Assembly (NCBI GenBank): GCA_964245725.1
Contig: CAXTOC010000001.1
Span: 1-47,257 of the forward strand
DNA: 47,257 bases
Reading direction: 5' to 3'
From: an uncultured Acetobacteraceae bacterium
Lineage (GTDB): Bacteria > Pseudomonadota > Alphaproteobacteria > Acetobacterales > Acetobacteraceae
Positions 38,778 to 47,257 of this stretch are shown piece after piece (position 1 is the first letter of the stretch; every line of letters begins with the position of its first letter). Made by a program: the position numbers and the translations under genes. The notes under the pieces were generated by a model, which worked only from the letters and a program-made list of their open reading frames with translations, did not search any database and was not told where the DNA came from.

Positions 38778-39746
38778 ATGACGATACCTGCCCGACTGCA
38801 TTTCTGCCTGATCGGTACGAGCCTGCCCTGGGCCTACGTGTTCGCCGTAGTCTCCGCCGCCGAGCGCAGCGGCCTCGCCGAGATCATCGTGCATCATACC
38901 GATGCTCTCGAGGATGGCGAGGCGCTGCGTGCGCTCGAGGGCGTGCCGCGCGTGTGCCTGTCTCCGGTGGACGCCACGAGCCTGCTGACGCGGACCGGGC
39001 AGATGCTCGGGCTCGGTGATCGACTGGCGCTGCTCTACCACGGGCTGCCGAGCCCGGTGATCCGGTCGGACATCCTGCGGGCGGCGATCTTGTACGCCCA
39101 CGGCGGGATCTACCTCGATCTGGACACCGTGACGGTGGCCTCGCTCCTGCCGCTGACCAGGGTGACGCACTTCGTCGGCGCGGAGTTCATCGTCTGGCCC
39201 GACTTCGTGCGGATGTCGCGTTCCCCGGCCCTGTGGGCACGTCATCTCGCACTCGACCTGCTCCGCAAGACGTTGCGGAGGATGCCGAGCGGCTGGCGCG
39301 CCTTCAGGAAGATAGAGAGGCTCTATTCCCTGCACGTCAACAATGCCGCGATGGGGGCGGAAGCGCATTCCGCCCTGTTTTCGTCCTACCTGCACGCGAT
39401 GCTCGACTTGTCGCCCGAGCGTCAGCGGCAGCGCTACGCGCTGGGACCGAAGCTGCTTCAGGAGGTGGTCCGGCATTATCGGCCCGACGATCTGACGATC
39501 CAGCAGCCTCAGGTGTTCTACCCACTTCCGCCGGAAATCTCCGAGCACTGGTTTCGACCCGTACGCGTCGCACGGCTGAACCGGGTCCTGTCGACGCAGA
39601 CCCGCGTCGTGCACTGGTACGCATCGGTCCGCACCAAGCCGCTGGTCGCGCAGATCAGCCCCGGATACGTGAAGCGACATCGAGAGCGGCAGTTGTACAG
39701 CGCGCTGGTATGCTCATGCATTCCCGAGCTGCCGCAAGCGGCATGA
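38778..39746 (+). CDS. DXD glycosyltransferase, GT32-like (OCH1/SUR1 Gly_transf_sug)
   Basis: IPARLHF, RSDILRAAILYAHGGIYLDLD, NNA.M, LGP.LL, VVHWY. Confidence 0.85.
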   Translation: MTIPARLHFCLIGTSLPWAYVFAVVSAAERSGLAEIIVHHTDALEDGEALRALEGVPRVCLSPVDATSLLTRTGQMLGLGDRLALLYHGLPSPVIRSDILRAAILYAHGGIYLDLDTVTVASLLPLTRVTHFVGAEFIVWPDFVRMSRSPALWARHLALDLLRKTLRRMPSGWRAFRKIERLYSLHVNNAAMGAEAHSALFSSYLHAMLDLSPERQRQRYALGPKLLQEVVRHYRPDDLTIQQPQVFYPLPPEISEHWFRPVRVARLNRVLSTQTRVVHWYASVRTKPLVAQISPGYVKRHRERQLYSALVCSCIPELPQAA

Positions 39747-39789
39747 TCCGCGCGACATGAAGTCAGTCAACAAGGCAAGGTAAGCAGAG

Positions 39790-40935
39790 ATGGCTAGAGG
39801 CAAAATCCGCATCGGGATCGTGGGCGTCGGGAACTGCGCGAGCGCGCTGATCCAGGGCATCCAATACTACACGCCGGAACGCTGCCGCGAGGGCGTGGTG
39901 GGCCTGATGCATACGGAGATCGGCGGCTACCTGCCGAGCGACATCGAGGTGGTCGCGGCCTTCGACGTCGACGTGCGCAAGGTCGGCACGGACGTGAGCC
40001 GCGCCATATTCTGCAAGCCGAACTGCACGCGGATCTTCCAGCCAGATGTTCCTGAGGCGGGCGTTACCGTGCGGATGGGACAGGTGTTGGACGGCATCTC
40101 CGAGCACATGGCAGAGTATGCGGACGACCGCACGCTGATCCGATCGGATGCGAGGGAGCTCAGCAAGGCGGAGATCGTCGACGAGCTCAGGCGGAGCCGC
40201 GCCGAGATCCTGTTGAACTACGTCCCGGTCGGCTCGGAGGAAGCCGCGCGCTTCTATGCGGAGTGCGCGCTGGAAGCGGACATCGCGTTCATCAACAACA
40301 TGCCGGTGTTCCTCGCCAGCAACGAGGCAGTCGCGGAGAGGTTCAGGGCTCGCAACCTGCCGCTCATCGGCGACGACATCAAGTCGCAGTTCGGTGCGAC
40401 GATCGCGCACCGCGTGCTGACCGACCTGTTCGCCAAGCGCGGCGTCAAGCTGCTCAGGACCTACCAGCTGAATACGGGCGGCAACACCGATTTCCTCAAC
40501 ATGAAGAACCAGGAACGCCTGAGGTCGAAGAAGACGTCGAAAACGGAAGCGGTGCAGTCGGTGGCGAAGAGGCGCATCGCCGACGACAACATCCATGTCG
40601 GGCCCAGCGATTACGTGCCGTGGCAGAACGACAACAAGGTCTGCTTCCTGAGGATGGAAGGGCATCTGTTCGGTGACACCCCGATGGACCTGGAACTCAG
40701 GCTTTCGGTGGAAGACTCGCCGAACTCCGCGGGCGTGGTGATCGACATGATCCGGTGCTGCAAGCTGGCGTTGCAGAACGGCGTCGGAGGCGTTCTCGAA
40801 GGTCCCAGCGCCTATTTCTGCAAGCATCCGCCAAGGCAGTTCACGGACGACGAGGCGTACAAGATGGTGGAAGCCTTCATACGCGCGCACACCGCGGAGC
40901 TCTATCCGATGCTCGAGGTGCCTGCCACCCTATGA
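39790..40935 (+). CDS. ino1: myo-Inositol-1(3)-phosphate synthase
   Basis: GVGNCASAL, NYVPVGS, GDDIKSQFGATI.HR, YQLNTGGNTDFLNM, SKKTSKT, GPSDYVPW, VEDSPNSAG. Confidence 0.95.
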   Translation: MARGKIRIGIVGVGNCASALIQGIQYYTPERCREGVVGLMHTEIGGYLPSDIEVVAAFDVDVRKVGTDVSRAIFCKPNCTRIFQPDVPEAGVTVRMGQVLDGISEHMAEYADDRTLIRSDARELSKAEIVDELRRSRAEILLNYVPVGSEEAARFYAECALEADIAFINNMPVFLASNEAVAERFRARNLPLIGDDIKSQFGATIAHRVLTDLFAKRGVKLLRTYQLNTGGNTDFLNMKNQERLRSKKTSKTEAVQSVAKRRIADDNIHVGPSDYVPWQNDNKVCFLRMEGHLFGDTPMDLELRLSVEDSPNSAGVVIDMIRCCKLALQNGVGGVLEGPSAYFCKHPPRQFTDDEAYKMVEAFIRAHTAELYPMLEVPATL

Positions 40936-41648
40936 AATGTCTCATCGTCGCCGCGGGGCAGGGCGTGCGGTTGCGCGAGAAGCTCGAGCTCAAGCCACTG
41001 ATCCCGATCAAGGGCATCCCGCTCATAGAGCACGTGATCGACCGCGCCCGCCGTGCCGGGGTCAATGAGTTCCTCGTCGTCAGCGGCTACCGGGGCGAGG
41101 AACTGCGGGGCGCGCTGGATCTCTTTTCCGCCAGGGAAGGCGTTCCGGTCACCCATATCATCAACGATGAGTGGGAACGCGCCAACGGCGTCTCCGTGCT
41201 CAAGGGCAAGCGGTATCTCGATGAACCCTTCCTGCTGATGATGTGCGACCATATCGTCGATCCGGAGCTGCTCCGCGGAGTGATGGCGGCTCCGATCGAG
41301 CCGGGCGCCGTGATCCTTGCCGTCGATTTCAACGTCGACGGCTCGATCAACGACCTCGAGGATGTCACGCGCGTGAGATGTTCGTCCGGCCGGATCGAGC
41401 ATGTCGGCAAGCTGATCACCGACTTCAACGGCTTCGATACCGGCGTGTTCCTGTGCACTCCGATCATCTTCGAGGCTCTGGAGCATAGCCGGGCTGCCGG
41501 AGACGAGAGCATCTCCGGTGCCATGAACGTGCTTGCGCGGTGGGACAGGGCGTATTTCCTCGACATCCGGAACAGGCTGTGGATCGACGTGGATGATGCG
41601 GTCGCCTTCGCCAAGGCCGAGAGATTGCTCGAGTCGGGGCAGCTGTGA
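40932..41648 (+). CDS. NTP transferase, likely CTP:inositol-1-phosphate cytidylyltransferase (IPCT-like)
   Basis: IVAAGQGVRL…KPL, VSGY, NGVS, MCDH, DTGVF, WIDVD; ATGA-coupled to ino1. Confidence 0.85.
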   Translation: MKCLIVAAGQGVRLREKLELKPLIPIKGIPLIEHVIDRARRAGVNEFLVVSGYRGEELRGALDLFSAREGVPVTHIINDEWERANGVSVLKGKRYLDEPFLLMMCDHIVDPELLRGVMAAPIEPGAVILAVDFNVDGSINDLEDVTRVRCSSGRIEHVGKLITDFNGFDTGVFLCTPIIFEALEHSRAAGDESISGAMNVLARWDRAYFLDIRNRLWIDVDDAVAFAKAERLLESGQL

Positions 41649-42580
41649 TGCGAGGACCTCAGCCCACGCACCGGGCTGCGGATGAAACCGGCACCAAGAC
41701 GCTCTCGCGGAACGCCGAGCCCATCCGGCGGACGTTGGAGATCGAGGAGACCACCAACCGCTACTTCATCCATCCTGTCGCGAACTGGTTGGCGCGGCTG
41801 TTCGCGCGCCTGCAGATCCGGCCGAACAGCGTCTCCCTCGCCGGCATGGCGTTCGGCATCATCGCCGGAGTCGCCTACTACCACTACCGGGACGTCCGGT
41901 TCGCGACCGCCGGCTTCTGCCTCATGGTCGCCTGGCATGTCATGGATGGTGCCGATGGACAGCTGGCCCGTCTGACACGCTCCCAGTCCGAGACCGGCAA
42001 GGTCCTCGACGGAATCTGTGACTACGTGACGTTCATTGCCGTCTACTGTGCCTTGGCGCTGGCGCTGAGCCCGCAGTACGGATATCGCGTGTGGGTGCTG
42101 ATACTGCTGTCCGGCGCCTGCCACGCGGTCCAGTCCGCGGTGTACGAGGTGCAGCGGCAGGATTATGATTTCTGGGGCTGGGGCCGGAAATCCGCGGCGC
42201 TGTTGGACCTGCAGGCACCCGTTGCGCGGCCGCGGATCATGGAGCGGCTGCATCGGCTCTATGCAGGGACTCAGCTCGCTGCCGGCGGCCTCGATCTCGG
42301 ATCCCGCCGCAGGCTGGCGGAGATCCTGGAACGCCAGCCAGGACGGGCGGGATCGATCCGACGCACGTATCGGAATCGCTTCGGGCCGGCGACGCGCCGG
42401 TGGTCGGTGATGTCGGCGAACTACCGCACCCTTGGCATCTTCGTCGCCTCCCTCTTCAAGGCGCCGCTTTACTATTTCGGTTTCGAGATCATCGCCCTGA
42501 GTGCGGTCCTGATCGTTCTTCTGCACGGGCAGCGCGGTCGCTACGCATCGTTCCTGACCGACCTGGACGCGGTCAAGTGA
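41645..42580 (+). CDS. CDP-alcohol phosphotransferase family protein
   Basis: PNSVS and the signature DGADGQLAR…GKVLDGICD; GTGA-coupled to the NTP transferase. Confidence 0.92.
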   Translation: MMRGPQPTHRAADETGTKTLSRNAEPIRRTLEIEETTNRYFIHPVANWLARLFARLQIRPNSVSLAGMAFGIIAGVAYYHYRDVRFATAGFCLMVAWHVMDGADGQLARLTRSQSETGKVLDGICDYVTFIAVYCALALALSPQYGYRVWVLILLSGACHAVQSAVYEVQRQDYDFWGWGRKSAALLDLQAPVARPRIMERLHRLYAGTQLAAGGLDLGSRRRLAEILERQPGRAGSIRRTYRNRFGPATRRWSVMSANYRTLGIFVASLFKAPLYYFGFEIIALSAVLIVLLHGQRGRYASFLTDLDAVK

Positions 42581-43673
42581 TCGGCCGTGCCGACTTCCCC
42601 CGGTGCGCGCTGCGGAACAGGTAGATCGCCAGAGCCATCACCAGGATCGAGGGCGCCAGCGCCGTGATGGCGGGGCTCAGCTCGAGCAGCACACCCAGGT
42701 GACCGAGGATCTGCTGCGCCAGCGAGAACACGATGCCGAAACTCGCCCCGGCCGCCAGATAATGTCCGGTATTCTGTGCGCGCGTCGAGCCGAACACGAA
42801 GGGTGCCACGATCATGATCATGGCGATCATCGAGAACGGAATGCTGGCCTTTGCCCAGAGCTCCTGTTCATAACGGGTGGCCTTGCGGTGCTGCCGCTGC
42901 AGAGTGCGGACGTGCTGGTACAGCGCGCTCGGCGGAATGCTCTCCAGCGGAAGCATCAGGAACCGCATCTGCTGGATCGGCACGAAGCAGTGCCAAGACA
43001 GCGAGGCGAGCCGGTCCGTCTTCAGCTGCGACGCCTCGACGCGCCGTCTCGACACGCTCCTGAGCAGCCAGAGGCCGTCTGGCCGCACGTCGGCCTGCTC
43101 CGCATGGATGATGCTGCGCAGGCTTCCGTTCGTCTCGAAGCTGTAGAGATCGATCCCCATCGGAACCCGTCCGCCGCGCAGCCGCTGCACGTTGAGATAT
43201 TGATGGTCACTCTGCGCCCAGAAGCTGCCGTCGGCGTGAAAAGACGTCGAGGATGACAGGGCGAGGGTGCGCTGTTCCTGCGCCAGTCGCTGAGCCGGCG
43301 GGATGACGAACTCCGCGGTCAGGAACAGGGCGGCGATGATGGGAAAGATCAGCCTGAGGACCGAACCGACAATGCGGGTCTCGGAGACGCCGAGGCTCAG
43401 CATCGCCGTAAGCTCGGAGTTCCTGGCCAGGGCGCCGAGCGTGAGCAGGGAGCCCAGAAGCATGGAGACCGGCGTCACCTGCAGCAGCCGCGAGGGCGCG
43501 GTCAGCAGCACGTAGAGGAGGGCATCCGCGACGGTGTAGTGCCCCTGGCCGACAGAGGCGAGCTGCTCGACGAACTCCAGCAGGCTGAACAGCCCGGTCA
43601 GCGCCACCGCGACCCACACGAACGCCCGGAACGCGGCGAACTCCACGTATCGCCTAACCAGGATCATGACCAT
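42573..43673 (-). CDS. lptG: LptG-like permease (YjgP/YjgQ family), paralog
   Basis: ILVRRY, LARNSELTAM.SLG.S, EFVIP, periplasmic beta-jellyroll (IIHAEQA…W.L), 3+3 TM. Confidence 0.85.
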   Translation of the reverse strand: MVMILVRRYVEFAAFRAFVWVAVALTGLFSLLEFVEQLASVGQGHYTVADALLYVLLTAPSRLLQVTPVSMLLGSLLTLGALARNSELTAMLSLGVSETRIVGSVLRLIFPIIAALFLTAEFVIPPAQRLAQEQRTLALSSSTSFHADGSFWAQSDHQYLNVQRLRGGRVPMGIDLYSFETNGSLRSIIHAEQADVRPDGLWLLRSVSRRRVEASQLKTDRLASLSWHCFVPIQQMRFLMLPLESIPPSALYQHVRTLQRQHRKATRYEQELWAKASIPFSMIAMIMIVAPFVFGSTRAQNTGHYLAAGASFGIVFSLAQQILGHLGVLLELSPAITALAPSILVMALAIYLFRSAHRGKSARPIT

Positions 43674-43718
43674 CCGTGATCCGCAGGAGAGCCGCGGCGC
43701 GCCGCTGCAGAGGCTTCG

Positions 43719-44801
43719 TCACGTGCGTCCGCGCCTGAGCGCGAGCTTGGGCCCGTAGGTGGTCGAGAGCAGGAGCAGGGCGAGCAGCCCGGGCGCCCAC
43801 CAGATGCCCGGGAACCGGGGCATCATGCCGTGCTGGACCCAGGTTCGCGCCGAGGTGCAGAGCAGGTAGTAGCCGAAATACACGACGAGCGCCGTGCCGA
43901 ATCTGGCGTACCGGCCCTGCCGGGGCCTGGTGCGGCTCAGCGGGATGCCCAGCATCCCGAGCAGCAGCGTCGAGAGCGGGGTCGATAGCCGCCATTGCAG
44001 CTCGGCGGTGTCTTCGGCGGAGCCGGAGGCGACGAGGTGCGCGCTGCTGGCGGCGACGGCGCTGTATCCGAGAGGCTCGCTGTCCCGACCTTCCGGAAAC
44101 ACCGTCAGTCCGTTCGCATGCACCGCCTGATCGGGCTGTCCTCCGTCGCGCTCGATCTCGTAGATGTAGGCGTCGCCCATGTAGACTTCCGGATCGCGGT
44201 CCGGTCCGGTCCGCGCGACCCTGTGGGCCTGCCGGGCATGGATGATCTCGGTGCGATCGCTGCGCCGGAGCTTGACGAAGACATCGCGCGCCGGGGCGCC
44301 GGGTCCGTCGCGCTGCGCCAGGAAGATCACCCTGGTCCCGTCGCGTCCGACATAGAACGAGCCCGCCTCCATCGCGTTGACGTCGAGCAGGGTGCCGGCA
44401 CGGTTCGAGAGCTCGTGCAATCTCTCGTACGCCCAGGGGCGCACGATCAGCGACAGCGCGGCCACCGCGAGCGCCAGGTAGCCCGAGAGGGTCAGCACCG
44501 CCCGCATCATCGTCGCCGGCGTCAGGCGCAGCGCGAACATCGCGGCGAACTCGGACTCGCTGTGCAACCTGGCGAACGACAGCATGACCGCGATATACAG
44601 CGAGGCCGGTATCAGCACTTCCAGCGAGATGAGGACCTTCAGGCCGATCAGCTGCGCGATCGCGCCGACCGGCAGCAGCCCGTCCACCGCGTCCGACAGG
44701 AAGCCGCTGGCGCTGTAGCTGGCGAACAGTGCAAGCAGGATGGCGAGGATGATCCCGAGCGGCTTGCTCAGCTCACGCACCAGATAGCGGTTGATGATCA
44801 A
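43719..44801 (-). CDS. lptF: LptF-like permease (YjgP/YjgQ family), paralog
   Basis: IINRYLVRE, RLHSESEF.AM, RPWA, AELQWRLS.P, PRQGRY, GIWW; TTG start. Confidence 0.87.
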   Translation of the reverse strand: MIINRYLVRELSKPLGIILAILLALFASYSASGFLSDAVDGLLPVGAIAQLIGLKVLISLEVLIPASLYIAVMLSFARLHSESEFAAMFALRLTPATMMRAVLTLSGYLALAVAALSLIVRPWAYERLHELSNRAGTLLDVNAMEAGSFYVGRDGTRVIFLAQRDGPGAPARDVFVKLRRSDRTEIIHARQAHRVARTGPDRDPEVYMGDAYIYEIERDGGQPDQAVHANGLTVFPEGRDSEPLGYSAVAASSAHLVASGSAEDTAELQWRLSTPLSTLLLGMLGIPLSRTRPRQGRYARFGTALVVYFGYYLLCTSARTWVQHGMMPRFPGIWWAPGLLALLLLSTTYGPKLALRRGRT

Positions 44802-45007
44802 GGTCGCCGGCCGCCCCTGGCGCGGCAGCAGGGCGCGATCCCCTCGATCAAAGAGCCTGTGGCCACCCGACAGGGCATTCGTGCATCATCCCGGCAGTCG
44901 TCGGTCCGGATCTAGCACAGCTCGATCCAGAAACCACATGCGGCCGGGTCCTGCGGTCGCCTGGCCGCTGATCGAGGACCACGATCTCGAAGCGCACGGG
45001 GGACACG

Positions 45008-46090
45008 ATGAAGCACGGTCACAATCCAAGGCTCCGCCTCGGCCAGTCGTTGCGGCAGGCATCGAGCTTCGCGCCCGGGCTCAGCGATGCGCCGCCGCTG
45101 CCGGCGGTGGATTATGCGGCCGTGAACAGGACGGCGCCGAGCCTGCTGCAGACCGCGTCGGGGAAGCTGCCGAAGGCCTCGGCGGTGGTGATCACCTGGG
45201 CCGAAGCCGAGTGGGCGGCGCTCGAGCATGTCTTCTGCAGCGGCGGGGCGCCGATGCCCTACGGCGATCGGTCGCGCGCCGACTGGCCGGGCTGGGAGAA
45301 GTATGCCGAGAACCTGCCGCAGGGCGCGCCGTCCGGGTGGGGATACTGGGGCAGCTACCGTCTGGTGGAACTGGGCGGCAAGCCGGTGCTGCTGTTCAAG
45401 TCGAACACCCATCTCGACTGGCCGGGCGCCAGCTTCCTGCGGACGCTGATCGGGCTGCTGGTCTCCGAGGTCGAGCCGGCCCTGATCATGTCCATCGGCA
45501 CGGCAGGCGGAGCGAAGACCACGGACCATGTCGGCACGGTGCGCGCGGTGAGTGCCGGAACGCTTTACGAGGCCGGTCAACCGTCGTCGCGCTGGCCGGA
45601 GTACGAGAACGGCTGGAAGGCGAGCGACCTGCTGCTGGAAAAGGCGAACTTCCGCACGCTGCTGTTCCCGGTGCCGAGCAACGCGAGCGCGCTGAGCATG
45701 CTGAGTGCCGAATTCAACCGGCACTACGGCACCGGCTACACGCTGGCCCAGCTTGATCCCGACGGGCTGAACCTGGGCGACGCGGTGCCGCAGATCGACG
45801 ACCAGACCGGAGGCGGTGCCTCGCTGCTGACCACGTCCACCTTCGTGGTCGGCACCACGGCGGGCGAGTACCAGGGTTATAGTTGCATCGAGATGGACGA
45901 CGCCGTCATCGGCGAGGCGTGCGCCGCCAGCGGCACCGCATTCGCCTTCGTGCGCAACGTCTCCGATCCGGTGCAGAACGCGGCGTTGCCGGCGGAGGTG
46001 CAGGGCAACTGGGGGAGCGCGGTCTACGACGCCTACGGGTTCTACACGAGCTATAACGGGGCGATCACCGCGTGGGCGATGCTGGCCTGA
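45008..46090 (+). CDS. Nucleoside phosphorylase / MTA-SAH nucleosidase-fold protein of unknown function
   Basis: VVITWAEAEW, IMSIGTAGG, CIEMDDA, FVRNVSD resemble PNP_UDP_1 motifs. Confidence 0.6.
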   Translation: MKHGHNPRLRLGQSLRQASSFAPGLSDAPPLPAVDYAAVNRTAPSLLQTASGKLPKASAVVITWAEAEWAALEHVFCSGGAPMPYGDRSRADWPGWEKYAENLPQGAPSGWGYWGSYRLVELGGKPVLLFKSNTHLDWPGASFLRTLIGLLVSEVEPALIMSIGTAGGAKTTDHVGTVRAVSAGTLYEAGQPSSRWPEYENGWKASDLLLEKANFRTLLFPVPSNASALSMLSAEFNRHYGTGYTLAQLDPDGLNLGDAVPQIDDQTGGGASLLTTSTFVVGTTAGEYQGYSCIEMDDAVIGEACAASGTAFAFVRNVSDPVQNAALPAEVQGNWGSAVYDAYGFYTSYNGAITAWAMLA

Positions 46091-46971
46091 GCCAGCTCCA
46101 GGATGGCCTGCGCCCAGTCGCGCGGCGCTTCCTGCGGGACCGCATGACCGACGCCGGCAAGGACCCGACGCTCGTAGCGGCCGGAGAAACGCGTCTCATG
46201 TCCCTCCGAGGTGGAGGGAGGCGACACGGTGTCCTCGGCGCCGTGCAGGGTGATCGTCGGCACCGGGACCTTCGGCTTGGCCGCGATCGCCTGCTCCATC
46301 GCCGCGTAGGCAGGATCACCGGCCACGTTGCCCATGCGGTGGCGGTAAGAATGAATGACCACCTCGACGAAGTCCGGGTTGAGGAAGGAGGCCGCCGACC
46401 GCTCGTAGGCCGCACCCTCGAAGCGCCACCGGGGTGACCAGAGGCGCCAGAGCAGCCTGCACAAGGCGTCGCGGTTCTGCTCCAGCCCCTTCCGGCCGCG
46501 CTCGGTCTGGAAGTAGTGCTGATACCACAGGGGGTACTCGGCCTGCGGCGGCAGCGGTTCGGAGGCGGCCGCGATGTCCTGCACCACGTAGCCGCAGGCA
46601 TTGACGAGGCCGATCACCCGGTCGGGCCGCAGCGCCGCCAGGCAGCAGGCCGAGCGGCCGCCCCAGTCGAAGCCCGAGAGGATGGCGCGCCCGATGCCGA
46701 GCGCGTCCAGCAGATCCAGCGCGTCCTGCGCCAGCGCGGCCTGCTGGCCGGATCGCATGGTCTGCGCCGACAGGAAGCGCGTCGGTCCGTAGCCGCGCAG
46801 GTAGGGCGCGACCACCCGCAGCCCGGCCGCCGCCAGGAGGGGTGCGACTTCCGAGAAGGCCTGCGTGTCGTAGGGGAAGCCGTGCATGAGGATCACCGCC
46901 GGTCCGTCCGCCGGTCCCCATGCCTCGTAGGCGATGGAGAGGGTTGCGGTCTCGATGCTGGCGCGTGTCAT
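46051..46971 (-). CDS. Alpha/beta hydrolase, epoxide-hydrolase-like
   Basis: HGFP, YLRGYG, GFDWGG (Asp nucleophile), LHGAED, GHAVPQE. Confidence 0.9.
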   Translation of the reverse strand: MTRASIETATLSIAYEAWGPADGPAVILMHGFPYDTQAFSEVAPLLAAAGLRVVAPYLRGYGPTRFLSAQTMRSGQQAALAQDALDLLDALGIGRAILSGFDWGGRSACCLAALRPDRVIGLVNACGYVVQDIAAASEPLPPQAEYPLWYQHYFQTERGRKGLEQNRDALCRLLWRLWSPRWRFEGAAYERSAASFLNPDFVEVVIHSYRHRMGNVAGDPAYAAMEQAIAAKPKVPVPTITLHGAEDTVSPPSTSEGHETRFSGRYERRVLAGVGHAVPQEAPRDWAQAILELAQASIAHAVIAPL

Positions 46972-47036
46972 GGTCGGTCTCCCGAAGGAAGATGCCACGG
47001 TCGGCGATGAACGCGCCGGACGCAATCAGCATGGCA

Positions 47037-47083
47037 TCGGAGGCAAGGGGCCGTCGGAGGCAAGGGGCAGTCCGAGGCAAGAG
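47037..47083. repeat. Imperfect 17-bp tandem repeat, about 2.7 copies
   Basis: TCGGAGGCAAGGGGCCG / TCGGAGGCAAGGGGCAG / TCCGAGGCAAGAG. Confidence 0.7.
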
Positions 47084-47257
47084 ATTGACGACCCGGCGCC
47101 GAAGCTGCGTGATCGGGGCGGTGCGGACCATGCCGGAGGACAAGGATGCAGGGCCGTCTCGCAGCCGCACTCCATGCCGTCATCCCGGTCTGCCTCCTGG
47201 CCGCGTCGTCGGCCGCCGCCGGCCGAGGCACCGCGGATGCACCGGGCTGCTCCGGAG

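Noticed and set aside
47037-47083. CRISPR array
   Set aside because: The repeats are directly adjacent without spacers, and no cas genes are present

Overview
GC-rich chromosomal window from a diderm bacterium. It is probably an alphaproteobacterium (fused IspD-IspF, LptF/G), but the taxon is not established. About 40 CDS; no rRNA, tRNA, CRISPR array or transposase was recognised. There are four main blocks. (1) 1-6.5 kb: YtfQ-like sugar ABC genes, divergent from a PhyH dioxygenase / PRISE-like SDR / lactonase / ACS-MFS operon. (2) 8.2-20.3 kb: an IspD fused to a degenerate IspF, a SorC-family regulator, a self-contained sorbitol-family PTS (GutM, IIC, IIBC, IIA, HPr-EI fusion) with no sorbitol-6-P dehydrogenase, and a divergent operon of type II DXP reductoisomerase (DXR-II/DRL) plus an AcoABC-like TPP complex. 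I read this as a candidate uptake, catabolism and salvage pathway for 2-C-methyl-D-erythritol (ME -> MEP -> DXP -> acetyl unit + GAP). (3) 20.4-31.5 kb: miscellaneous transporters, phosphatases and a XylFGH-like ABC system. (4) 31.5-44.8 kb: a glycolipid/glycan locus with GT32, ino1, an inositol-phosphate cytidylyltransferase-like NTP transferase, a CDP-alcohol phosphotransferase, extra LptF/LptG, two GT4s, a radical SAM enzyme, Wzx and a GT-C-like membrane protein. This is a candidate inositol-phospho(glyco)lipid pathway with its own outer-membrane export. All homology calls come from motif recognition and recall; no searches were run.
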